From contig JBGQLG010000008.1 of assembly GCA_041499965.1 (NCBI GenBank), positions 6,360 through 70,359 of the forward strand: a stretch of 64,000 nucleotides of DNA, in the 5' to 3' direction. Of the stretch, positions 38,890 through 47,446 are shown piece after piece. The DNA comes from Candidatus Methylomirabilia bacterium (GTDB taxonomy: Bacteria; Methylomirabilota; Methylomirabilia; Rokubacteriales; CSP1-6). Positions within the stretch are counted from its first letter, which is position 1. Each line of letters opens with the position of its first letter. Made by a program: the position numbers and the translations under genes. The notes beneath the pieces are model-generated. The model did no database searches. It worked only from the letters and a program-made list of their open reading frames with translations, and was not told the origin of the DNA.

Positions 38890-39671
38890 GGCCGCCGGCG
38901 CGCCACCACCTGGAAGCCCGTCGACTCCTCGGGGTGACGCAGCGCCGACTCGCGCTTCCAGCGGGCGAGGCGCGCGTAGAGGCCGAGCGAGAGCCCGCCG
39001 AGCGCGTCGATCGCGCCGGCCCACGGCGAGTCGTACACGACGGGCATGACCGGTCCCGTCGGGACAAACCCGCCCTGCTCCAGCTCGGCCAGGAACTCCT
39101 CGCGCGTGTACTCGATCTTGTGATCGGGATCGGAGTACGAGAACAGCCCGGCCGCGCGCAACGCCCGCCGCCACGACGAATCGCGGTTCGGACCCGACAC
39201 CAGCAGGCGACCACCCGGGCGCAGCACGCGGTGGATCTCCCGGAGTACGGCCACCCGCGGGTGCAGGTGCTCGATGACGTCGAGGAACAGCGCGGCGTCG
39301 ATGGTCCCGTCGCCGAACGGAAAGCGCCCGGTGACGTCCCACCCGAAGAAGTGGGCGTTGGCGACGCCACGGGCGCGCGCGGTCTGCCGGGCCACGGTCA
39401 GATGACGCGGGTCGTAGTCGAACCCGTAGATGCGCCGGCAGCGGGCAGCGGCGACGACGGTGTGGGCACCGAGGGCGCAGCCGATGTCGATGACGGTATC
39501 GGTCGGCGCCAGGTGCTCGAGGTACCAGTCGTGCCAGGGTGAGTCGATCAGGTGCTTGGGGTGGATGAAATGCGGGCTCTTGCCCGTGTAACGCACCAGG
39601 CGCACGCCCACCGACTTGCCCTTGCGGTTGACCACGTCGACCGTGCGCACCAGCCACCGCGCGGGGGTCAT
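38886..39671 (-). CDS. Class I SAM-dependent methyltransferase
   Basis: ATGA overlaps at both ends. Motif I is VIDIGCALGAH, with LRPGGRLLVSGP. Confidence 0.8.
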   Translation of the reverse strand: MTPARWLVRTVDVVNRKGKSVGVRLVRYTGKSPHFIHPKHLIDSPWHDWYLEHLAPTDTVIDIGCALGAHTVVAAARCRRIYGFDYDPRHLTVARQTARARGVANAHFFGWDVTGRFPFGDGTIDAALFLDVIEHLHPRVAVLREIHRVLRPGGRLLVSGPNRDSSWRRALRAAGLFSYSDPDHKIEYTREEFLAELEQGGFVPTGPVMPVVYDSPWAGAIDALGGLSLGLYARLARWKRESALRHPEESTGFQVVARRRP

Positions 39672-40792
39672 CGTCGCGCGCCGGCCGAGGCCGGCCGCCG
39701 CCACGCCGCCACCGCCTCCTCGTAGACCGCCGTGGTGCCGGCCACGCAGCGGTCCCAGCGGAAGCGGGCGTCGATCCGCGCTCGGTTCGCCCGGCCGAAC
39801 ACCGCGCGCCGCCCGGGGTCGGCGAGCAACGTCGCGAGCCCGTCGGCGAAACGCTCGGGCGCGGCCGGGTCGACGAGGAAGCCGCCCTCGCCGTCCACGA
39901 GGATCTCGGGGATCGCGCCGCGGTCGGAGCCCACGACGGGCAGCCCGCAGGACATCGCCTCGCCGATGGCCAGACCGAATCCCTCCATCGCCGAGGGGAA
40001 CACGAAGACGTCGGCGAGGTTGAAGTGGTCGACCTTCTCGGCCTCCGGCACGTAGCCGGTGAACACGACGCGGCGGCCGAGGCCACGCTCGCGCGCGCAC
40101 CGCTCCAGCTCGGCCCGGAGCGGACCGCCGCCGGCCACGACCAGCCGCGCCGCCGGCGCCGTGGCCGCCACCCGCGCGAACACGTCGAGGAGCAGCGGCA
40201 GGTTCTTGCGCGGCTTGAGGCCCCCGAAGAACAGCACCACGGTGGCGCCGCCGAGACCGTAGCGCTCGACGAGGTCGGCGCGGCGCGGGCCCGGCGCGAA
40301 GCGCTCGTCGATCCCGTAGGGCACGACGGCGACGTGATCGGTCCGGCACCGGAGCTCCGTGGCCAGCTGGCGCCGCGCGAACTCGCTGCCGACGACCACG
40401 CGCTCGGCGCCCTCCACCACGCGCCGCTCGATCACCCGGTTGAGCCGACCGGGATCGAGGTGGTGGTGGTGCGCCACGACGGGGACGTCGAGCCGGAAGC
40501 GCCGGCGCGCCCACAAGGCCGACGGACCGATGATGCGGAGCGAGTGGACGCGAAGCAGATCGAAGCCGCCGGCGTCCCACACCCGCTTGATGGCGCGGGG
40601 CACGACCGCCGGCGCGACCCACCAGCGCAGTCCCCGACCGATGCCGAAGCGGTGGATCGTCCAGTTGGGCGCGTCGGCCGGATAGCGCTTGCCGCGGGCC
40701 AGGATGACGTCGAGCCGCACGCCGCGGCGGCCGAGGCGCACCAGGAGCTCGCGCTCGTACGTTTCGCCACCGGAGGTCGTCTCCGGCGCCAC
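39668..40792 (-). CDS. Glycosyltransferase family 4
   Basis: Carries PSAMEGFGLAIGEAMSCGLPVV. The annotated GTG 40792 start removes a conserved-looking LRICTPHCG N-terminus, so a CTG 40819 start (CTGA overlap) is possible. Confidence 0.8.
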   Translation of the reverse strand: MAPETTSGGETYERELLVRLGRRGVRLDVILARGKRYPADAPNWTIHRFGIGRGLRWWVAPAVVPRAIKRVWDAGGFDLLRVHSLRIIGPSALWARRRFRLDVPVVAHHHHLDPGRLNRVIERRVVEGAERVVVGSEFARRQLATELRCRTDHVAVVPYGIDERFAPGPRRADLVERYGLGGATVVLFFGGLKPRKNLPLLLDVFARVAATAPAARLVVAGGGPLRAELERCARERGLGRRVVFTGYVPEAEKVDHFNLADVFVFPSAMEGFGLAIGEAMSCGLPVVGSDRGAIPEILVDGEGGFLVDPAAPERFADGLATLLADPGRRAVFGRANRARIDARFRWDRCVAGTTAVYEEAVAAWRRPASAGARR

Positions 40793-40815
40793 GCCGCAGT
40801 GGGGCGTGCAGATCC

Positions 40816-41598
40816 TCAGGACGTCCTCGCCCGTCCCGACGCGGACCCCCGCGGCTTGACGTAACGGGCGTAGGACTCGTCGCCGCGCAGCGGCACGACG
40901 GCCTCGAGGCTCTCGTGGAGGAACGAGAGAACGCTCGCGCGCTCGGCCGCGCTCTCGACCAGGTTCTCGCGGCCGGCGTCGTCCGAGAAGTTGAGGAAGA
41001 GCGTACCGCCGGGCTTGAGGTGGGCGACGAGGTGGCGCACGACGTCGAGGGGATTCACCACGTGCTCAAGCACCTCCAGGATCGTGATCACGTCGTAGGC
41101 CCGCGGCAGGGGGAGCTCGCGGCCGAACCCGGGCTCGAGGAACTCGACGTTGCCGGCCGCTCGAAAGCGCCAGCGCGCGAACTCGAACGTGGGCACCGGC
41201 AGGTCCACCAGCGTGAACCGCCAGCGGGGGAACCGGGGCCGCAGCCAGCTGGTCACCGGCCCGACGCCCGAGCCGTACTCGCAGAAATCGCCCTCGGGGC
41301 CGACCGCCCGGAGCGCCGCGGCGACCCAGTAGAAGCTGCGGTGACGATGGTAGAACATCTGCCGCAGCACGTAGTAGTCGGTCTCGGCGAAGAACGAGCG
41401 GTAGTCGGCCTCGCCCGAGCGCGGCTTGGTGCCCCACAGCTTGGCCGCTTCCATGCGGAGCACGGTGTAGCGCACCCAGAACTCCTGCATCGTCATGCCG
41501 CGGTAGTACTCCGACAGCTCACGGAACCAGCGGCGGCCGAGCCCGACCTTCTCCAGCCCCTGGCTCAGCCGACGGTGGACCGTGTCCCGCCCCGTCAT
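40816..41598 (-). CDS. SAM-dependent methyltransferase
   Basis: Motif I is FCEYGSGVGPV, with LKPGGTLFLNF. 260 aa. Confidence 0.75.
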   Translation of the reverse strand: MTGRDTVHRRLSQGLEKVGLGRRWFRELSEYYRGMTMQEFWVRYTVLRMEAAKLWGTKPRSGEADYRSFFAETDYYVLRQMFYHRHRSFYWVAAALRAVGPEGDFCEYGSGVGPVTSWLRPRFPRWRFTLVDLPVPTFEFARWRFRAAGNVEFLEPGFGRELPLPRAYDVITILEVLEHVVNPLDVVRHLVAHLKPGGTLFLNFSDDAGRENLVESAAERASVLSFLHESLEAVVPLRGDESYARYVKPRGSASGRARTS

Positions 41599-41599
41599 C

Positions 41600-42391
41600 T
41601 CAGCGCACCTCCCGGCGGCCGGCGATGAACTCGATGTACGGCGCGACCCCGCGCACGCGATAGTACGCGCGCACCAGCGGCCACAGCGGCCCGCCCACCG
41701 GCCGGCCGAGGCCGAGGTCGAACTGCCGCAGCAGCCGGCCGCCCGCCTGCTCCAGCAGGCGCAGGCACTGCCGCTGCGAGAGCGGGCGCAGCGTTGCCAG
41801 GTACGCGGTGGGGCGGCCGCGAGCGGCCAGGTAGGCCCGGCCCAGCGCCAGCGGCAGGCCCGGGATCCAGAAGACCTTGTAGTGCCCCTCGAAGCAGCTG
41901 CGCCGGTCGTTGGTGTGCAGGTACAGGCGCGCCTCCGGCCGCATCACCCGCACCATCTCCCGCAGCGACTGGGCGGCGTCCTCCACGTGCTCGATGGCCG
42001 CGTAGCAGTAGACGATGTCGAAGCTGGCGTCGGGGAACGGCAGCGCCTCGGCCATCGAGCGCAGCGCGCGTGCGCCGTGGCGCATGCGGGCGCGCGTGAT
42101 GGCCACGGCGTCGGCCGAGTCGTCCACGCCCCACACCTCGGCGCCCGCCTCCTCGGCCAGCGCGTTGAAGCCGCCGGTGCCGCAACCCACGTTCAGCAGC
42201 CGCGCGCCCTTGATGGACCCCCCCATCCCCCGCTCCAGCGCGTCGAGCCGCTGGCGCTCGTAGGGCTCGTCGGCGAGCCGGATGTCGACGAGACCGCGCC
42301 AGCCGGGGATGCCGAGGGTGTCGCGGTAGTAGCGGGTGTAGTACCGCTCGAGCGCGGCGCTCACCTCCGGACGCGGGCGGCTCTCAGGCAC
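41600..42391 (-). CDS. Class I SAM-dependent methyltransferase
   Basis: Motif I is LLNVGCGTGGF. It also has VWGVDDS and AAIEHV. Confidence 0.8.
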   Translation of the reverse strand: MPESRPRPEVSAALERYYTRYYRDTLGIPGWRGLVDIRLADEPYERQRLDALERGMGGSIKGARLLNVGCGTGGFNALAEEAGAEVWGVDDSADAVAITRARMRHGARALRSMAEALPFPDASFDIVYCYAAIEHVEDAAQSLREMVRVMRPEARLYLHTNDRRSCFEGHYKVFWIPGLPLALGRAYLAARGRPTAYLATLRPLSQRQCLRLLEQAGGRLLRQFDLGLGRPVGGPLWPLVRAYYRVRGVAPYIEFIAGRREVR

Positions 42392-44459
42392 GGCGGAACA
42401 CCGGCTGGATGACGGGCCCGGCGAGGCGTGCCTCCACGTCGTCGGCCGTGACGGCCCGGGCCAGCACGGTCAGGGCCTCCCGGCAGGCCGCCAGCGTGCG
42501 CTCGACGTCGGCGTCGTCGTGGCGGTAGCAGATGTTGAAGCCGCCCGCGTTGAGAATGCCGCGGCGCACGACCTCCTGCTGGAAGAGGCTCTTCATGGCC
42601 AGCGACTCCCGCCCCTGCCGGTCGGCGAAGGTCAGCACGGTGCGCGGCGGCAGGCCGATGCAGCGCGTGAGGCCGTCGATCTTCAATTCCCCGGCGAGCG
42701 CGTTGTACCCGTCTTGCAGCCGGCGACCCTGGCGCCACAGGTGCGGGATGACGGCCCCGGCGCGCAGCTTGGTGATCGTGGCCTTGGCCGCGGCCAGCGA
42801 GAGCGCCTCGCCGCCGAAGGTGAACGAGAAGAAGATCTCGTCGAAGACCTGCATGATGTCGCGCCGGCCCACCACCGCCGAGACCGGGAAGCCGTTGGCC
42901 ATCGCCTTGCCGATGCAGGCCAGATCCGGCGTGACGTTGTAGTGCGCCATGGCGCCCCCGAGCGCCACGCGGAAGCTGGTCACGACCTCGTCGTAGATCA
43001 GCACGGCGCCGTGGGCCCGGGCCCGCGCGGCCACCTGCTCGAGGAAGCCGCCGACCGGCTCGACGACGCCGACCGGTTCCATGATGACGGCCGCGAACTG
43101 GCCCGGGTGGGCGTCGAGCAGCCGGTCGAGCGAGGCGATGTCGTTGTAGGCGAACAGGTGCGTCAGCTCGCGCACCGCCGCCGGCACCCCGCGGTGACGC
43201 GTGGTGGCGCCGATGTACCAGTCCTGCCAACCGTGGTAGCCGCAGGCGGCAATGCGTTCGCGGCCGGTGTAGGCGCGGGCCACGCGGACGGCGCCGGACG
43301 TCGCGTCGGAGCCGTTCTTGCCGAAGCGGACCATCTCCGCGCACGGGATGATCTCGGTGAGTAGCTCGGAGACCTCCACCTCCAGCGGGTGCGGGAGCGA
43401 GAAGGCGATGCCGTCGGCGAGCTGGGCTCGCACGGCCGCGTCCACGTCGGGATCGTTGTGGCCGAGCACGATCGGCCCGAGGGCCATCGGGAAGTCGATG
43501 TACTCGTGGCCGTCCACGTCCCACACGTGGCTGCCGGCGGCGCGCTGCAGGAACAGCGGAGCGACGCCCCGCACGAACTGGGTGTGGCCCTTGCTGAACG
43601 TCTGGGTGGCCGACGGGATGACCTTCTCGGCGCGCGCGAAGTACTCCTCGGAGCGCGTGAGCCGGCGGGGCGTGTCCATGGCTGACTCTCCCGGTGCGTC
43701 GCCGGCCGCGCCGTCGGCGCGGAGCGACTTCGCGTAGCCTTCGTTGCGCGTGAACGAGCGATTGAGGTCGAGCAGCGCCGGTTCGCGCTCCAGCAGCGCC
43801 AGCACGTCGTCCATGCCGAACGGCTGCTCGGCGCCCAGGCGCCGGTAGACGGCGCGGACGAACTCGAGGTCGGCCGGCTCGTCCACGGTCCAGCGCAGGA
43901 CCGAGAGATCCTCGTCGTGGCGGACGTTGGCCAGCCGGAACCGCCGGGGCTGCTTCCAGATGAAGGGCGTGACGTGCTCGCGCTCCGAGGCCAGCCGGGC
44001 CTCGCGCCACGCCGTGTCCAGGGCCGAGAACGAGAACACCTCGGTGTCCTGCCCGTCGGGAAACGTCGGCGGCTGGGTGTTGCTGACGTAGTCGAGCCCT
44101 CCGCCGGACTCGCGGAAGCGTGCGAGCACGCGACCGGCCACCGCCGGGTCGAGTAGCGGGCAGTCGGGCGTGACGCGGACGATGACGGTGGCGTCGAAAC
44201 GCGCGGCGGCGCCGTGCACGCGATCGAGGACGTCCGACTCGCTGCCGCGGTGCACCGGCAGCCCCGCGGACTCGGCGAACGCGACGATCGCGTCGTCGGC
44301 CGACTGGTCGGTGGTCGCGATGATCACCGCGTCCACGCCGTCGATGCGCCGGGCGCGCTCGACGAGACGCTTCAGCATGGGGCGGCCGGCGATGTCGGCC
44401 AGGGTCTTGCCGGGCAGCCGGCGGGAGCCCATGCGGGCCTGCACGATGGCCGCGATCAC
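42384..44459 (-). CDS. Fusion protein: SpsF-type cytidylyltransferase (N) + class III (HemL/GSA-aminomutase-like) aminotransferase (C)
   Basis: Single 691-codon frame with no stop between domains. The N-terminal domain has IVQARMGSRRLPGKTL and RVTPDCPL. The C-terminal domain has FSKGH, GKNGSDATSGAVRVAR, IYDEVVTSFR and a PLP-Lys region IGKAMANG. GTG 44459 gives a GTGA overlap. Confidence 0.8.
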   Translation of the reverse strand: MIAAIVQARMGSRRLPGKTLADIAGRPMLKRLVERARRIDGVDAVIIATTDQSADDAIVAFAESAGLPVHRGSESDVLDRVHGAAARFDATVIVRVTPDCPLLDPAVAGRVLARFRESGGGLDYVSNTQPPTFPDGQDTEVFSFSALDTAWREARLASEREHVTPFIWKQPRRFRLANVRHDEDLSVLRWTVDEPADLEFVRAVYRRLGAEQPFGMDDVLALLEREPALLDLNRSFTRNEGYAKSLRADGAAGDAPGESAMDTPRRLTRSEEYFARAEKVIPSATQTFSKGHTQFVRGVAPLFLQRAAGSHVWDVDGHEYIDFPMALGPIVLGHNDPDVDAAVRAQLADGIAFSLPHPLEVEVSELLTEIIPCAEMVRFGKNGSDATSGAVRVARAYTGRERIAACGYHGWQDWYIGATTRHRGVPAAVRELTHLFAYNDIASLDRLLDAHPGQFAAVIMEPVGVVEPVGGFLEQVAARARAHGAVLIYDEVVTSFRVALGGAMAHYNVTPDLACIGKAMANGFPVSAVVGRRDIMQVFDEIFFSFTFGGEALSLAAAKATITKLRAGAVIPHLWRQGRRLQDGYNALAGELKIDGLTRCIGLPPRTVLTFADRQGRESLAMKSLFQQEVVRRGILNAGGFNICYRHDDADVERTLAACREALTVLARAVTADDVEARLAGPVIQPVFRRA

Positions 44460-45457
44460 GGATCGAGCCTCACCGGGCGCCCCTCGGCGGCGGAGCGCTT
44501 GGCGGCCAGGGCAATCGCCAGCACCGTTCGCCCGCCGGCCGCGTCCAGCTGGGGAGTCGCGCCGCGCTCGATGCAGTCGACCAGGTGGCGCAGCTCCTCG
44601 ACGTACATGAGATTGCGCTCGGCGTTGATCGACTCCTCGTAGTCCTCGGCCCGGCGATCCTCCTTGCCGTACACGCGGACGAGCTGGCTGATGTAGTCCC
44701 ACACGATCACGCCGTCCTCGCCGATCAGCTCGCACGACCGCCGGTACGTCCGCTGCAGGTAGTCGAGGTGCACGTTGGCGACCACGCCGTAATCGAAGCG
44801 GAGCAGGATGTCCGCGCTGTCCTCGGTGTCGATCTCCAGCGTGCTCACCTTGCCCACGTACCCGAAGACCTCACGCGGCTCGCCCAGCAGCCAGCGCAGG
44901 TAGTCGAACTCGTGAATCGAGTCGAGGATGATTCCGCCTCCGGTCGCCTGCCGCGCCGCGTACCCGTGCCGGTAGTCGGTGTGCGGACGCCAGTGCGGCA
45001 GGTAGTACCCGCAGTGCGCCCGCGCCGACAGCGGCGTCCCGATCCGCCCCTCGCCCAGCAGCCGCTTCACCAGCCGCAGGCTCGGCAGGAAATGCAGGTT
45101 GCACCCGACCAGCACCGTCCGCCGCGCCGCCGCCGCCTCCGCCACCAGCCCATCGACGCCCTCGAGCGTGTGCGACAGCGGCTTCTCGATCAACACATGC
45201 CGCCCCGCCGCCACCGCCGCCCGCGCCTGGGCCACATGCGCGGCGGTCGGTGAACACACCAGGACGGCATCGGCGTCCACTCGCAGCGCCTCATCCTCAC
45301 GCGTCGTGAGCACGACATCTCCACCCGCCAGACGCCCGGCCTCCGCCAGCCGGCCCGCGTCCGGATCGTGGATCGCGGCGATCGTATGACCAAGCGCCAC
45401 CGCATTCGTGAGATGTCGCCGCCCGATCGACCCCGCCCCGAGCACGACGAAGCGCAT
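44456..45457 (-). CDS. Gfo/Idh/MocA family NAD(P)-dependent oxidoreductase
   Basis: Motifs MRFVVLGAGSIGRRH and LIEKPL, with a C-terminal alpha/beta domain. 333 aa. Confidence 0.85.
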   Translation of the reverse strand: MRFVVLGAGSIGRRHLTNAVALGHTIAAIHDPDAGRLAEAGRLAGGDVVLTTREDEALRVDADAVLVCSPTAAHVAQARAAVAAGRHVLIEKPLSHTLEGVDGLVAEAAAARRTVLVGCNLHFLPSLRLVKRLLGEGRIGTPLSARAHCGYYLPHWRPHTDYRHGYAARQATGGGIILDSIHEFDYLRWLLGEPREVFGYVGKVSTLEIDTEDSADILLRFDYGVVANVHLDYLQRTYRRSCELIGEDGVIVWDYISQLVRVYGKEDRRAEDYEESINAERNLMYVEELRHLVDCIERGATPQLDAAGGRTVLAIALAAKRSAAEGRPVRLDP

Positions 45458-45481
45458 GGAGCTAGTGCACCTCGTGAGCAT

Positions 45482-45657
45482 CGGTGACACCGGCGCCGTG
45501 ATGCGGGCCCCCCGGTCGCCTCTCACGGTCGGCTGCCCTCACCCCAACCCCCTCGGGGGGATGGGGGGCCGAGCGCGCGCGGCTCGGAGCGAGCCGCGGC
45601 GTGCCGGCGAGCCACTGGGGCGACCGGGGGGCCCGCATCACGGCGCCGGTGTCACCG
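45482..45657. repeat. Nested inverted-repeat element, family A copy 2 (39-nt perfect arms 45482-45520 / 45619-45657)
   Basis: The arms are exact reverse complements. The core CCCCAACCCCCTCGGGGGGATGGGGGGCC lies at 45541-45570. The element fills the 216-nt gap inside the glycan operon. Confidence 0.85.
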
Positions 45658-45673
45658 AGCCTCGCGCGGCGCA

Positions 45674-47434
45674 CTAGACATCCGCCCGCGTGGCCCCGCG
45701 CACCGCGCGCTTGCGCTCCTGCAGCTCGCCGGTATGCGGATGCCGCAGCGTATTCTGACCGCCGAGCTCCGTCACCGCCCGCCAGGAGAGATCGATGATC
45801 TCCTCGTCCTCCAGGTCGCTGAAGTTCGTGCGCACTTCCTCGCCCTGCTCCCCCAGCCGCAGGAAGTACTGCTCGATCATGTCCTCGTCGGCCGGCCCCT
45901 TCTCGCCCGTCACCGCCTTGCCGATGAGCCCCTTGTCGAGCGCGAGATCCCAGAAGGTCGTGCCCGGATAGGCGGTGGTGAAGAAGAACACCTCCGGCTT
46001 GAGCCCCACCTTGCGGCAGAAGTCGACGGTCTCCTGCACGGTATGAGCGCTCTCGCCGGGCGAGCCGATCATGAACGAGCAGTCGGCGTAGCCGAGCACG
46101 CGCTGGGTCTCGAGAATGGCGATCTCCATCTTCTCGATGGTCTGGCCGCTCTTGTCGATGTTCTTGAGGATGGTGGGGCTGGCCGACTCCACGCCGTAGC
46201 CGGCCTGGCGCATGCCGACCTCGTGGCCCAGCTCCAGCATGTGCGGCCGACCCTCCCGGCGCGCGCGGATGACGTCGTCGGCCACGATGTTGGTGCGGCA
46301 GGTGCCGCCCCACTCCACCGCGAAGCCCGTCGCGTGCTTGCGCGCGCGCAGCTCGGCGAAGAACTCCAGCGCCCACCGGTAGTCGGTCATCAGCAGGTCG
46401 TCGAGGAAGTGGATGTAGACGGCGCCGTAGCGCGCCTTGAGGTACTCCATCTCGTCCACCACCTCGCGCGGGCTGCGCAGGCGATAGGTTTTCCCGAGGT
46501 ACGCCGCATAGCAGTAATCACAGGCCTTCGACGCGTAGGGACAGCCGCGCGAGGCGATCATCGAGACCGAGTACTGGCCAGGCGCGACCGAGGCGCCGTC
46601 GATCCACTTCGTCTGCCAGTTGAGGTGGCCGACGGGGTTGCGCTTGTAGATCTCGTCCTCCGGCCACTTGCTGCGCAGGGGCCACGGCAGCGCGTCCAGC
46701 CCCTTGTCGCGCGACTGGATGGAGGGTCGCAGGCCGTTGTTGCGAACGTCCCACTCCCCGGGGCGGATCACGTGGCGATAGGCGGTCCCGGCCACACCCT
46801 CCAGCGAGGCGCCGGTCTCCAGGCGGTGCAACACCTCCGAGAAGGTGACCTCGCCCTCCTCCTGCACCACGATGTCGGCGGGCAGCCGGCGGACCATGAA
46901 CTCCGGCATCGACGACGCGATGCCACCGCCGAGCACGATCGGCACGTCCGGATGCACGCGCTTGCAGATGCCCGCGATACGCCTGAGCCACGTGTACTGG
47001 GTGATGATGCCGCCCAGCCCGATGACGTCGGGCCGCTCGGCGCTCAGCTTCTCGACGACGCGCGCCTCCACCCTCCGCACGTAGTCGGCCATCGGGCCCT
47101 TGACCGGCTCCCGCCGCTCGGCGTTGAGGTCGAGCACGTCGACCGTGTGGCCGTCCATGGCGGCGATGGCGCCGACGTAGCCGTGGCCGATCGGCATGAT
47201 GTTGGGGAACGACCATTCGCGGATCGGCGCGTTGATGAAGAGTACGCGGAGCCCGTCGCGGCGCGGCGCGAACTGTCGCTCGGACGTCTCGGTGGTGATG
47301 CGCGGCCAGTCCGCGGCCTGCACCTCACCGCTGATGAAGCGCTGGTGAAACCGGGCCGGCGGCGCGCCGCCGGCGGGACGCCGGATCGACGGCAACGGGA
47401 CGGTCGTGGTGCCGATGTCACGGATGATCGCCAT
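45674..47434 (-). CDS. B12-binding-domain radical SAM protein with atypical Cys spacing
   Basis: 586 aa with an N-terminal cobalamin-binding-like domain. The cluster region SRGCPYASKACDYC reads CX6CX2C rather than CX3CX2C. Confidence 0.75.
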   Translation of the reverse strand: MAIIRDIGTTTVPLPSIRRPAGGAPPARFHQRFISGEVQAADWPRITTETSERQFAPRRDGLRVLFINAPIREWSFPNIMPIGHGYVGAIAAMDGHTVDVLDLNAERREPVKGPMADYVRRVEARVVEKLSAERPDVIGLGGIITQYTWLRRIAGICKRVHPDVPIVLGGGIASSMPEFMVRRLPADIVVQEEGEVTFSEVLHRLETGASLEGVAGTAYRHVIRPGEWDVRNNGLRPSIQSRDKGLDALPWPLRSKWPEDEIYKRNPVGHLNWQTKWIDGASVAPGQYSVSMIASRGCPYASKACDYCYAAYLGKTYRLRSPREVVDEMEYLKARYGAVYIHFLDDLLMTDYRWALEFFAELRARKHATGFAVEWGGTCRTNIVADDVIRARREGRPHMLELGHEVGMRQAGYGVESASPTILKNIDKSGQTIEKMEIAILETQRVLGYADCSFMIGSPGESAHTVQETVDFCRKVGLKPEVFFFTTAYPGTTFWDLALDKGLIGKAVTGEKGPADEDMIEQYFLRLGEQGEEVRTNFSDLEDEEIIDLSWRAVTELGGQNTLRHPHTGELQERKRAVRGATRADV

Positions 47435-47446
47435 GGGACCTCCTGC

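Noticed and set aside
36497-40622. Very long six-frame ORFs (36497..39370, 37609..40086, 38886..40622) that would give 580-960-aa proteins.
   Set aside because: Only the C-terminal part of each has GT4 or methyltransferase motifs. The N-terminal extensions overlap the real upstream genes in another frame. Starts were trimmed to the ATGA/GTGA overlap positions.
42384-44735. The first ~92 codons of the 783-aa ORF upstream of GTG 44459.
   Set aside because: This segment overlaps the 3' end of the oxidoreductase gene and is Arg-rich with no motif. The cytidylyltransferase N-terminus (IVQARMGSRRLPGK) begins right after GTG 44459, which forms a GTGA overlap.
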